A stretch of 64,000 nucleotides of DNA, taken from NCBI GenBank assembly GCA_951406725.2, contig OX597826.1:64294001-64358000 (forward strand), given 5' to 3'. The notes below the pieces were generated by a model, which ran no database searches, was not told the DNA's origin, and saw only the letters and a program-made list of their open reading frames with translations. Within the stretch, counting starts at the first letter, position 1, and the number at the start of each line of letters is the position of its first letter. Positions 40,101-53,600 of the stretch are shown here, in pieces. The stretch is from Octopus vulgaris (Eukaryota). Both the position numbers and the translations under genes were made by a program.

Positions 40101-43100
40101 GGCTGGATGTCTTTCTTGAAGTCAGTCACTTTACAGCATGTATTAGGGGCTTACCAGACTACAAATTCCATGGGAAGGTTAACTTTATGCTAGGAGATGA
40201 AAACTAAAGAAGAGTAAAGTATGGGAGAAAAGGACCAGAGTAGAATAGGTTTCTTACTGTAAAGGAACTACATGACAGCTCACATTTTAGAAGAGATGGT
40301 GGGTGTGGAGCCAGGAAGGGATAAAGATATAGTAGTGATGAGGTGTGAAGGTGGTTCTCTTAAAATATTAATTTTGAAAAGAAATGACAAGTGGATAAAA
40401 TACTAAGACCTCAAGAGTAATTTTTAGATAGACATTGATGATTCTGCTGCTAATATGATTGACATTTGTGTCTGGCAGAGATGCACTTTTGTCATGAATG
40501 AATGCTTATCCCTTTGGAGACTGCTGGAAATAACAAATTAAAAGAAATATATACCTTGACAGGTACTCTAACGGCAAAGACGACAGGTAAGGTACATTCA
40601 TAGAGTGGTGACATGATATCATCACTAAATAGAAGAAAGATACTATTGTGTAATAGTACAATAGTATTGCTATTTATTGGAGGCAAAGGTACTCCCAGAA
40701 TAGAGGGAAGAAACTTTTTGAAACTGTGACACTGAAATGTAGAAAATGCACAAAATATATTTTAAGAAATGCTATAAGAGTGAAAATATGGAGACTGTTG
40801 GGTAAATAAATTGTAAAGCTTACTGAACATATATGAAGTGTAGCGGGTAAATAAATGGTTAAGTTGAACAAAGGAGGAAGTCAATATCTGGGTTGAACTA
40901 TGGGTAAAATGTTTGGATTGAACTGAGACTAAATAGCTGTGTTGAATTATGAGAAGGCTGAAGTAAATGGCTATGCTCTACAGTAGGAGTAGACAGTTGG
41001 ATGATGAAGATGAATTGTAGAGGAGAATGACTGAGGATGAAGAAGTGACAAAGGTTAATTAGGAAGTAGATCAAGCTAAAATAAGAAATTTTAAGAGTAA
41101 GGGTAAACAAGGAATGAAATGTTGGTTGGTTGACGGGTTGGTGTGTTATAAAAAATATATAAGCAAGGAAATGGTCAAATGTTGCAGAGAATTTTGTCAA
41201 AAGTTCAGTATGCTTCTTTTACTTGTTTGAAGAAATGATCAAATGAATTGGGGAGAAAAAAATGTTTGAGCGAAAAAAAAAGATGAGACATGAAAAAAAT
41301 ACACCATGCAATGATAAAGCAATTTGATGACGTCAGGGAAATTTATGTCATGAAACTTTAAATCAAAATATTAAAAAAAAACATTTTTTTTTAATTAGTA
41401 ACATGTCAGCTCATATTACTAATAGTTTTAAAAGCACTCTTTGAGTTCAACGTCTTTGAATTCATTATCATTAGATTTTGCTGGCTTGTACAACTGCTGC
41501 ACTCAATGATCTATTTTGTACATACATATATAGCACACAAAACATGGTGTAGAGTCTATTCATATATTTGTCCAACCTGAGGTCTTGGGCATTACTTGGG
41601 TTTCACATTAGCAACCTTGCAAATTGCAGATATAAATACCACAGTATGTAAAACTTGAGTATTGACCAAAACCTCAGAATAATATGTAATTATTTTTATT
41701 GTTTCAGGTTTTTAATTTTTAATTTGTTTAAAACATGACCTCTGACATAAGGTGTCAATGTCTCTGAACCATTACCATAACCCAATGCTTATGAAGCAGT
41801 AAGAAATTAAAGAAGATTTTGGTGTAGCCAAACCAAGATAAGAGAGTTCCTTGTTTATCAAGTGACAAAAGGAGGCTGACCTACCTGGCCAATGGTAGGA
41901 ATCCCATTACGGATAAGATCCTTGATCCTCTTACGGTAAGGGATTGATGGTAACACTTCATCCGACATCAGTAAACATGGTAACAATGTAGATAAACGAT
42001 CAAATAAATTCAAATTTGGTTGGATTTTTGAGAAAATAATTTCAAGAACAGTAATGATTTAGTTATTTTTTTGAGAGTGTAAAGTTTGGAGTGAAGAATT
42101 TGATTGATTTTTTTTTTTTGATTTTTATATATTGAAAATTGAGAGAGATAAATATTGGCTGAAAAAAAATATTGAATCAGTAACATTTTTGTTTTTTTAA
42201 ATATGCTTTTAAGGAAGAAATAAATATATACATTACAGCATGGAATACACGTTAGCCATTCAAAAATGCTTTACAAAAGCTGTTAACTTTACATAAACAT
42301 TTACTACTTGTTGTCAGAACATTCATTGCACCAAATGATGAATGTTTAAGTTAACTGCTCAGTTTTTTGTGTTTTTGAATGACTAAAATATGTCTTCCAT
42401 GGTGTAATTGTTTTAGTTTCAACACAGTCTCAGACCAAGTCACTTGCTAGGCAAGTATACTCCTGAAAAAAGTAAATAAGTATATATTATAGCGTAAAAA
42501 AAAATCTTACAGGGAGGGTGGGTAAGGAGAAATTTAACTAAAAAAAATGAAGTTATTGAATTAGAAATATATTGATTATAAATAAAAATTCTAAAACTAA
42601 CTAGTAAATTAAAAGCCTCTAAGAAGTTTCACTCATTAATCTATGTCATTTATTCTATTGTTATACTACAATAATTATTGTAGTTTGTTTTCCTCCCTTT
42701 GCAGACAGTGTCATCTCACTACTCATCTCACACTTGTCTATCCTTCTCCTACCACTCCTCTATTTCTGTCAATTAGGTCCCATAAAATATTTTTCTTTTA
42801 TCTTTCTTCTCCACAGTGGTTGTAGTATATAATTGCTGCTTTGCCTATATTTTTCCACTCTTCACTAATACTGCCTCTGTCCTCTGAGTCTATGAGTAAA
42901 AAAGTCAAAAAGGTCTATGCATACTGCCATTCCAAATTAGACTAATTATTAAACAAAAAAGTTGAAATTCAATCTGTGAAATAATTCTGATAGTAAAAGG
43001 TAGATATTAAAACTAAGATGACACAGGATAATATAGAATTCTTCATCTTCATATAGTAGTAGTAGTTTAACTCTTGCTACCAACTTGTCTGTATAATACA

Positions 43101-46100
43101 AACTTATTATTTTAAAGTGAGGTAAGTTAAAACTTCCCATTAAAATTCTAAGTTATGTTCCAAACACTAACTTTATAACGACCAAGTTATTTTGACTAAA
43201 TTCTTCATTATTTTCAAATTAATTGAAATAAACAGGAACTATAGCAACGCAGGGGATTAAAGGGTGGATACATTTATCTTCTCAAGGTCCACAGGAGGAT
43301 TTCAGCTCAGTGCTGTAAGCTAATGGAATATTTAATAGTTAAATATGATTCATACATTGCTTTCAATAAGTAGTAAAGTGTATTTCACTATAGTACCTAT
43401 TTACAGCTATGTAGACAAAGTTAGTAGAGTTAAGTGCCATTGGCAGTGATATAGTGCAGGTACAAGTGGTGGATGGTGGAATAGAAAGTGCTGGTGCTTT
43501 AGTTAGTAGCCAGCACATTATCAACCTAACAAGCTGTGATAATCACTTTAACTCAGACACTGAGTAGTTGTAGTAAAACACTTTAATCTTACATGTGGTC
43601 AAAGTGTTCTCAGTGCACATCAAGAATGCATCACAGCTCCACCCTGCCTGTCTATGCCAACATTCAAGCAGTAACAGAGGATATTAGTAAACTAATGACT
43701 ATTAATGTTAGTACACTACTGATTAGCTTCTAATATGATTGTGTTCTAATTAAAGCAGCATATCACATTTATTTTACTCAATTTCTTTGAACTTTATTTG
43801 TTAAAATATTCAAGCAACAACAAAATCTTTTTGCTGACAAGACAACAATATCAGGAACAACATGCTTTTACAAATTTAGTCATCATTACAAAGAATACAA
43901 CTATGAAGTAGTGAGGTAATATTTCAATGGAAATCAACTAAACCTTTGGTTACCACACATATTTCTATAAAATACATACACTAAATTTGCCATGTTTACA
44001 AATGTTTACAAATGTTTACAAATGTTTACAAATTCAGTATATTTTTCTCTTGCTTCTCTTATTACTTTTTCTTCATCTGAAACACTAAATTCTGTTCTGT
44101 TCCTTCCATTTGCAAATCTCTATTTCCTTTGTAAACTTCTTCCATTATTATTTTTTTCGCTTTGTATTTTTTGCACCTTTTTCAGTTATGTTTTACTTGT
44201 TGGACACTATGTGTTATTTGTTTGTTTGTTTCATCTTTCCTTCACAACTTTGTTATATTTGCATGATTTTCACACACAGAAAAAAAAAAAAAAATAAAGA
44301 TTGTTGATACAAAAGAACCTTTGAAAACCACTGAAAGCTGAAGTTGAACAGAAATTGGATTTTTCCTTAATGTAATTGCAAGACCTATAAATAGCACAAA
44401 TAACCAGTTTACTGTTCTGCCATTTGTCTTTTATCATGTATCTTCATCCTGCTAGATTTGACCTATTCTTTATCTCATACACATAACATAACTAACGCAA
44501 CAAATAAACCCATTATAAAAACTATTACATTATTTCCTCTGGAGGTTACTGTGTGTTGTGTTAGATGGCGAAGCAACAGTAAAAGTGTGATGATAATGGC
44601 AAACAACCTCCAATATAACTTAATCTATATGTCCTTCATAAAATAGTAAATATCAAAGTTCATGTCTCAATAACACTACGGAACAAGCTAAACTGAAATT
44701 TCTAACTAAAGAACATAATTTAGATTTTATATTAATCCTGTAATTTTTCTGAATGTTAATTGCAAACATTGTTATTTTTATAACCATTATCATCATCATT
44801 TAATTCCTATGTCTCATGCTGTCATGGGCTGGACTGCTTGACAGGACCTAATGGTCCCAAAACCTGCATTGTGCTTCAGTGTCTGCTTTGGCGTGGTTTC
44901 TATGGCCAGATGCCCTTTCTAATACCAACCACTTACATATATTGGATGCTTTTTTCCATGCCACCAACACTATGGATACCACCACACAATCTGCATGACT
45001 ACGAACCTCAAAGCAGTAACTTTATGCCAGAAGATGAGGGGTAAAATATATTTTCTTTTTCTTCTTTTTTTTGTCTTATGAAATCTTTCTGAGAAAACAA
45101 TGAATCATTGAATGTTGTGTATGCTTCTTGCAACGACCAAAACAACTCTTTAAAAATCGCCTGACTTTGATGTTTTAAAATACTGAAATGATATTTTAGA
45201 TTATGTTTTACCTTTAGAAGAATCTTGTTCATTAGATCATGTGGCGATGGACATGGGGCATTGTCATCATGAATGTAAAGATTATCTGTTTGACAGCAGT
45301 TAAAGAAATATTATCATTATGATATATAGAAAGAGAAATTAACAAACTGGATAAGCAAAAAAGTAATTAAATCAAAAGTAAGAAAAAGAATTCTAAAACT
45401 GTAATGGCCTGAGATTCTTTATTGTTGGGACACCACTAAAAGTTTCATCTTCATGTAATGATTAACGAAAAAAAAAAAGGACAATGGAATGGTTTCTTCT
45501 TGTCACAATTTAGCACAATAAGCAAAAATAAGACTTATTAATTGTATATTTTCCTGCAATTCATCAGACACCTACCATATTCTGAGCGCCTTGTTTCCCT
45601 GGGCATGGATTCACTGAAGCTCCGGTGTCTGGCGATGGACTTGGTAAACACCCACAAGGTTATCAACCACCTCACCAACAACAACACTGAACACCTTTTT
45701 GATCTCCATGTGTCTAACACACGTGGACATGCCTCGAAATCCGTCGAAACTACACCTGATTATATATACACTTTAGATGAGTTGTAGTGCACCTGAGCAC
45801 TGTACACAATTATTATTATTATTTAAAAATTACACTTCATGCTGTACTGAACATCAAACTAGTTTTTTGATAGTTCAAGTAGCATATTAATTTTTCTATG
45901 AGAAGGGGTTGCTTGCTCCTACTTTCAATGAGGACTTGTTATCTACATAGTTCCTGTTTGAAGTTAGCTGGGCTGGACCTTTCTCATAGAATCAAGAACC
46001 AGAGACAATTCTGGTACAAAGCAGTTCCAGCTGGAACTGAAATGCTCTTGTTGTAAACCTTGCAAACAAACAGAACATTGCTGGGTCATTGGGGACATTA

Positions 46101-47635
46101 AAAAGAGTCACTCTCTTAAGTACCAAAAAAAAAAAAAATTCACATGTAAGATTCCTAACTCTTCATAATAACTTTTTTCAATAATAGAGGTCAGGGTAAC
46201 TATGAGGGGCTGGTTATTCATTGGTGGATATTGTTTCTAATATAAGCAACAAAACTTCTATAAACAAGTATCACTCTCACCAAGATTAGAATTCCTATGC
46301 AGGACAAAAGATATAAATCTTAATATCCACATACCAGAGGTCTGGCAACAGGAAATTTAGTCCATGCAAGCTAGGCACAAATCCTGAAATTTGAGAGAAG
46401 AGGATAATTGGTTATATACACTTCAGTACTTGACTTGTACTAAGCTTTTCCCCACCAAGGTTGATAAAAAGTTTATTCTCGGTGGGATTTGAACTCAAAA
46501 TATAAAGGGCCATAACTAAATACTGCAAGGCATTTAGTCTGATTCTCAAGTGATTTTGTGAATCATTGACCAACAGATCATGTGAGGAGATTGAGGAGAA
46601 GAATCTGGAAGAAGGAGGGGGTGGAAGAGGATGGGAAAGAGGCAGATTGTAAGATGAAGGGAGGAGAAGAAAGAAAGAGGAGAAAAGAGATGGAGAATGA
46701 AGAGAATGAAGACGGGAAGAAAGATGAACAAAAAGAAGATGAAATGAAGAAGAAGTAGAAGAATGCAATGCCATAGGACAGGAAGAAGTAAAGTAGAATA
46801 AAATACAATACATTATAATATATTAGTTGCTTGTTGAAAACAAGTTTGGCAAAAGGATACTTCCAAGAATGGTTTTTATTTGATGTGCCATGACTTTCTG
46901 TTGTGTGAGGGAACAGTGATTCTCAATAGACAAGATTACTGGGTAACTGAAACAGAGATATAACAGGATTAATTATGCCAGTAGATTAACTGATTTCACT
47001 TCACATTATATTGGATTTACATGGATTATTAAAATACTAATGGTTGTTACTGTTACATAACCACCAGGCTGGTTTTGATTATGCAAGTCTTTGCTCAAAT
47101 GCTTGAAGGCACATTGGTCTAGAGCAATGTTTCTCAACCATTTTTTGGCCTATGGACCCCTTCAATTCCTATTTTACTCAGATGGACCCTTTTAACCATT
47201 TGATGTTTAAAAAATCATATCTTTTTATAATCAAATATCATTAGGAATTGTATTTTAAAAAAATATTAAAATATTTTGTGTATTGTAGAAATAAAACCAA
47301 TTTATTGCAGATAAATTTGAAACAGAGAAAATTTTATATGTACTCCCAAGGGCCATGTGGACCTTAATTGAGAACCAGTAGCTTAGAGATTATGGTGTTG
47401 CACTCACAATCACAAGATCATGGTTTTGATTCCCACACTGGATGGCATGTTGTGTTCTTGCACCAGACAGTTAGTGAAATCCATTAAATATGTAATATAT
47501 TTAGAAGAAATGTTGATAATTGGTACTCTGTACTGCTCATGGAATTTCTTGCTCACTTGTTCACTACTGCACACATCACATCCACAACCCACTGACACAC
47601 TGATTGGGGTTTAACACAGGATTTGTGCATGCATG

Positions 47636-47667
<32 letters not shown>

Positions 47668-50600
47668 CATACATACACATATAGATATATATATATAGAT
47701 AGATATAAATATATATATATAGAGAGAGATGTGTATGGAGGTGCATGGCTTAGTGGTTAAGGTGTTGGACTCATGATCATAAGATTGTGGTTTCGATTCC
47801 TGGACAGAGTGATGTGTTGTGTTCTTGAGCAAAACACTTCATTTTATTTTCTTTCAGTCCACCCAGCTGGTAAAAATGAGTAATTTTGCAACACACTAGT
47901 GTCCCATCCAAAGAGGAATATATATATACATGTGCCAGGGAAATCAGGGACTCATAAGGATTATGTATTAATGTGGACTAACCTTATACACACACACACA
48001 CAAACATGTATATGCATGTGTGTGGATGCCCAATTACAAATATACTTGTGCACATAAACACACACACACACACACACGTTTGTGTTTAGCATTCAATTGA
48101 CTGGTAAAAACCTAAAATGAATGGCCTCAGTTTCATTATTTGATTTTCCCCACCTTTTTTAATTAACATGTCTCTAATAGCAACCAAACACAGAGGTTCA
48201 CATTCTTCTCTCATCCCCAAATGTTCATAACATTCTAAACAAGTGAAATTGCAAATAAAAACGTCAACTCTTGTTCAAAATAGACATTTCTATGACTCAC
48301 GGAGAAGTTTTGAAGGAATATTCTTTAATGGCAATTAGAACTTTATCCAGTTGAATCTTCGAGGTAAGTGTATGTCCATGATAAATAACTGGTTCATCAT
48401 CATCTCCATCCCAACAATCCACTGCATGGGTTAAAAAAATTAAATAAAAACAATAAATAAAATTAAAAAAAACAAGACATATAAAAATGGTAAGATATGG
48501 TAATATGATTATCGCTAAACATTACAGGATTTTAACATATAATTCACACACACAAGTTAGTAGTTCACATAACTGAAAAGATGCACACTCTAAAACATTA
48601 GAGCAGTAATATTTAGAAGTTGTCTGTTATGGTTGATCAGAGAGTAACCATCAGTTTCACACCTATAAAGCACTTAGCTGTATAAGTGACTCATGAGACT
48701 TGTTGGCTGGAGATACATAACCTCTCTACAACTGGGGGGAGGAATTCTTCCCTCCACTTATGTATTTCCGGCCAATCAAATGTTTTATAGGTGCAAAACC
48801 AATTGTCACTCTCTGATCAGCCATAACAAACAGCCTCTATCTATATCTATCTGTCTGTGTGTGTGTCAGTGCACTACCCCACTCTAAGAATTGAACACAC
48901 AACCTTATGAGAATAAGCTGAACATTCTAACCATCAGGCCATGCATCTTCATACCAAGATGGAATTTATCATTTACTTGTTTCAGTGACAGGACTGTGGC
49001 CAAGCTGGAGCATTGCCTTGAAATCCTTAATCTAACAAATCAACCGCAGGACTTATTTTAAAACCTGATTGTTAGGGTATTGGTGTCTTTTGTTGAAAAA
49101 CTAATTTATGGAGATGTAAACAAACCAACACTGGTTGTCAACTGGTGGTGGTGGTGATGGGATTAAAAAAAACAAGACATATACACACACTATAAATACA
49201 TATATACACATTATATATATATATGATAGTCTTTCACACGGCTTTTGTTTACCAAATTCACCCACATGACATTTGTTGGCCTGGGGGTTATGGTACAAGA
49301 CACTTCCCTGAGGTAGCAGCATACAATATGACTGAACCCAAAACCACATGACTGCAAAGTGAGCATCTTAACCATACAGCCACGTCTACACCCAGCGAAA
49401 AGCTGAAAAATAAATAGAGAAAAGGTGAACTTACACTCAACACAGCGGCAACCTTTTTGCAAAGCTCTGATATAGGCCTCCACACTGCTTGGGCCATGGA
49501 GTTGATCTTCAAGCAAATAACTGAAAAAATAGAATTATATATCATCACGGAGTGGCTACACTCACGGAGTGGTTGGCGTTAGGAAGGGCATCCAGCTGTA
49601 GAAACATTGCCAGATTAGACTGGAGCCTGGTGCAGCCTTCTGGCTTCCCAGAACCCCGGTCGAGCCGTCCAACCCATGCTAGCATGGAGAACGGACGTTA
49701 AACGACGATGATGATGATGATCATCATCATCGTTTAACGTCCGCTTTCCATGCTAGCATGGGTTATATATACTGAATAACAGGTGAAGGAATAAACAAAT
49801 CGATAATATTTATTGAGAGCTAGATGATTTAGTTGGCAGAATTGTTAGCATACGAGGTAAAATAGTGACATTTCATCTGTCTTTATGATAGGAGTTCAAA
49901 TTCTGCCGTGGCTGACTTTGCCTTTAGGAGATAATAAAATAAGTACCTGTTGAACATCAAGAAAACCCATCACCAAAGACATTCCAGTTGACACCAATCA
50001 GTCCTATTGTATATCTAGGGTTATATTTTCCACTGTAACCTTCTTCTTTTTTAAGATATTGATGTGTAATTTGAAGGAAATTTGGTTGAGGTTTCTAGCT
50101 GGTTGAATGGCTATGTAGTGGTGTTCTCATTGGATGATCAAAGTATAGTAAGAAATGGCAACAGAAATAACTTAAAATCTGATTTTTTTTTTATTTCTTC
50201 TTTTGCTGTTTTTTCCAGCATACAAGATGAATGTTTCAGTCTAAAATTTACAACTGCAAAAGGTAGGTCAACTCATGCACCAAGATGACTATGGAAGCTC
50301 AAAAATTCCATGTGAAATGCAGAAGAATTTGGAACAATAGTAATGATGTTTGAATGCTTACATTACATGTTTACATTATATACTTACTTGATTCAGTCAT
50401 TATACCGTGGCCATGTCCCACATTGAAGAATTTTTAATCAAGTGAATCACACCCAGTACTTATTTATTTCAAGCCTGGTACTTATTCCATTGGCCTCTTT
50501 TGTCAAACTGCTAAGTTACAGCGATGTAGACACACCAACACCTGTTGTCAAGCAGTGGTGGTGGACAAACACAGACACAAAGACAAACACATGCATGCAC

Positions 50601-53600
50601 ACCACACACACACACACGTTTAGGATAGGCTTTTTTTTTTTGGTTTCCATTTACCAAATCCACTCACAAGGGTTTGGTCAGCTCAAGGCTATAGTAAAAA
50701 ACATTTGTTGAAGGTGCCATGCAGTGAGACTGAACTCAGAACCATATGGTTGGGAAGCAAGCCTCTTACCACATAACCACACCTGCACCTATGCTGACTT
50801 GTATGCCAGAAAATATGGTACTTCTTTTAGTCACTGAACTGCAGACATGCTCAGGCACCAATTTGAAGATTTGTATAACAGTTCAACTGAACTTTTATAC
50901 AAAACATACTGGTCAGTGTTAATTCATGTAAAAACTTATAGTCTTTCTAGTCAGTCTAAGATTTGCAATCATAGTTAAACTATGCTGTACTGATAAAGGC
51001 TAATAAGACTGAAACACCATATTATCAAAAATCGGATTCATTCCCCTCTATACTTTAATTATTTAATAAATTAATTTAAATTTCAAGGTTGTTACCTTTG
51101 CCTTTCATTACTGGACTTAATTAATCAATTAGGTTACTTTTGTTTTTCATCATTGAAAGTGTAAATTTAATTAAAATTTCCTAGTTTATTACACCAAGTA
51201 TGTTAGTAACAAACTTTTTTTTTTTTTGCTTAATCAGAAGCAGGGGCAATGTTTCTGATCTTCCTCAGGGATGTGAGACTGACTGGATAGTTATTCTCAA
51301 ACAGGAGGTCTAGCCCAAATGCTGAAGCCACACTCCACCACCACGAGGGCCAGTTGATGGTGTGAAGCCAGTCAAAGGATTGTATCTCTTATCCATGTAG
51401 GCCACAGCAAGATTTGAACCCTAAATGCAAACAAATGGAACTAATGCTGCAAGGTCTCCCATCTGACGTTCTAATGATTCTGCCAGTCCACTGCCCTTGA
51501 CTGGTACTTTATTTATTAACCCTGGCAGGATGAAAGGCAGAGTTGACTGAGTGTAGGAATTGAACTCAAGATGCAGAGCTGGAATAAACATTACAAAGCG
51601 AGAGAGGCGAATGGAGAGAAAGGATAACAGGAGGTAGGAGAGTAGGAGGGGAGGAGAGGGAAGAGGGAGAAGGAAGGAATATGGAGATGGGGAGGGGAGA
51701 AGGAGGAGGAGGTTAATTTAGTGATTTCGAATTCTGTCATGGATTTAGCTTTGTGAGAGAATAAAACCAGCCATAAAGACAGTTTGCAAATAGTTACGGG
51801 ACTTTCTCTCCATACACACCTCTTTGCTATAATGAGATGGTTAAGTCTGAAGATGAGGAAATAGAAATTATAGTTTAATTGAGTAAATATTTAATGAAGT
51901 ATTTGAATAGGTTGAACTGTACAATTTGATATCAACAACAAAATGGACATTATCACTCTGTAATTACACTGTAATTGTCCTCTCCATACTTGTTCTAATA
52001 AAAGAATTGTTGTGTCACAACTGTCTGTTAGTGTAAAATGACAAAGCAAGTTTTAAACACCCCAATTTCCTCGGCAATGACATGTAATACAATTAAAAAA
52101 GAAATCAAACAAAAACAATGTTGTTGTTGTTGTTATTATTTTTACCGTTTAGCACTGGGTCAGCTCTGACTGAGAACTCCTATTATCAGAGATATTTCCT
52201 TCAACACGTGTAGTGTTTCTATGATAGAAAGAGCATAGTGTATGTGTGGAGAAAGCCCCATAACCAGTTTAAAACCCATCTATGTAGGTGAGGAGCAAGT
52301 TAGCCTGCCATGTATCATCTCTCAAAGGGATATCTATGAGAGATCAACACTGAACCATTAGTTTCCAGCTCTCCATCATTTTCAACATTTTATATCATGA
52401 TGTATAAATAAACCGGGTTGGCTGTACAACATATCACTTCATGTCTTAGCATTATCTCACATCCATTCAGTACTAGACATTAGAGGGAAATCCTCAGACC
52501 TTTTGACTTGCAATAAGATTAGGTAACTCTATACAATGTTTTCTACTAGAGTCCTGGGCCAACCAAAGCCTTGTAAGTAGATTAGGTAGACAGAAACAGT
52601 AAGGCGGTGAACTGGCAGAAACGTTAGCATGCCAGGTGAAATGCTTAGCGGTATTTCACCTGCTGCTACATTATGAGTTCAAATTCCGCTGAGGTCAACT
52701 TTGCCTTTCATCCTTTCGGAGTCAATTAAATAAGTACCAGTTACGCCCTGGGGGTCGATATAATTGACTTAATCTGTTTGTCTGTCCTTGTTTGTCCCCT
52801 CTGTGTGTAGCCCCTTGTGGGCAGTAAAGAAATAAGAAACTGAAAGAAGCCCATCATAAATGAGTGTGTGTGTGTGTGTTAGTGTCTTCATATTTTGATA
52901 CCATGTAATAGTTGTAAACATGAGTCATAGTCATACAGTGTCCTTTATTTCTAATCTTTCATATAAACCTCATCTGGCCATGGAGAACTACTACCTTGCT
53001 TAGGAACAAGTGAGGGTTGGCAACAAGAAAGATATTCCGTTGAAGAAAATCTGTCTCAACAAATTCGATCTGACCCCAGCTAGTAAGGAAAAGTAGACAC
53101 TAAAAAAAATGATCATGACGATGGGAGAACCACATAAATCTTACAACAGTCTGTGATGACTTTCAAGGTCCATGAACACTGCCCCGCCTCCATTTGCAAG
53201 GCTCACAGACTATCCTTCTTTCCACTCTTCTCACTCTCTATTTAGCACAAAAATACAGTTAAACTGTAGTTTTTCAAAACTTACGTATTGTGGGAGGAGT
53301 TTATGAAATAATTAATCATTGGTTGCTTCATATCTTGATAAACCTGTAAACATGCAGGGTTAAATATGGACTGTTCTGGAGAGGCAAGAAACAACTGGAA
53401 GCCTGTAAAACAAAATGAATAAATAAAAATTTATGAAACAAAACTAATTTATTAGAAAATTGTATTTATTGACATTGCTTAACCCTTTAGCATTCACAAT
53501 ATTTTGTCAAAATGCTTGTTCATTTACATTGTTTTAAATTAATCTTGCATTGTCTTGCAACTTTGAGAATTCGATGAGCTTACTTAATTTTTAGAATGAT

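Noticed and set aside
53285-53344. Internal acceptor-like tttacag|GTTTATCAAG in the X-box start exon
   Set aside because: Phase 0, incompatible with the phase-1 upstream donor; the longer exon matches the PLC consensus
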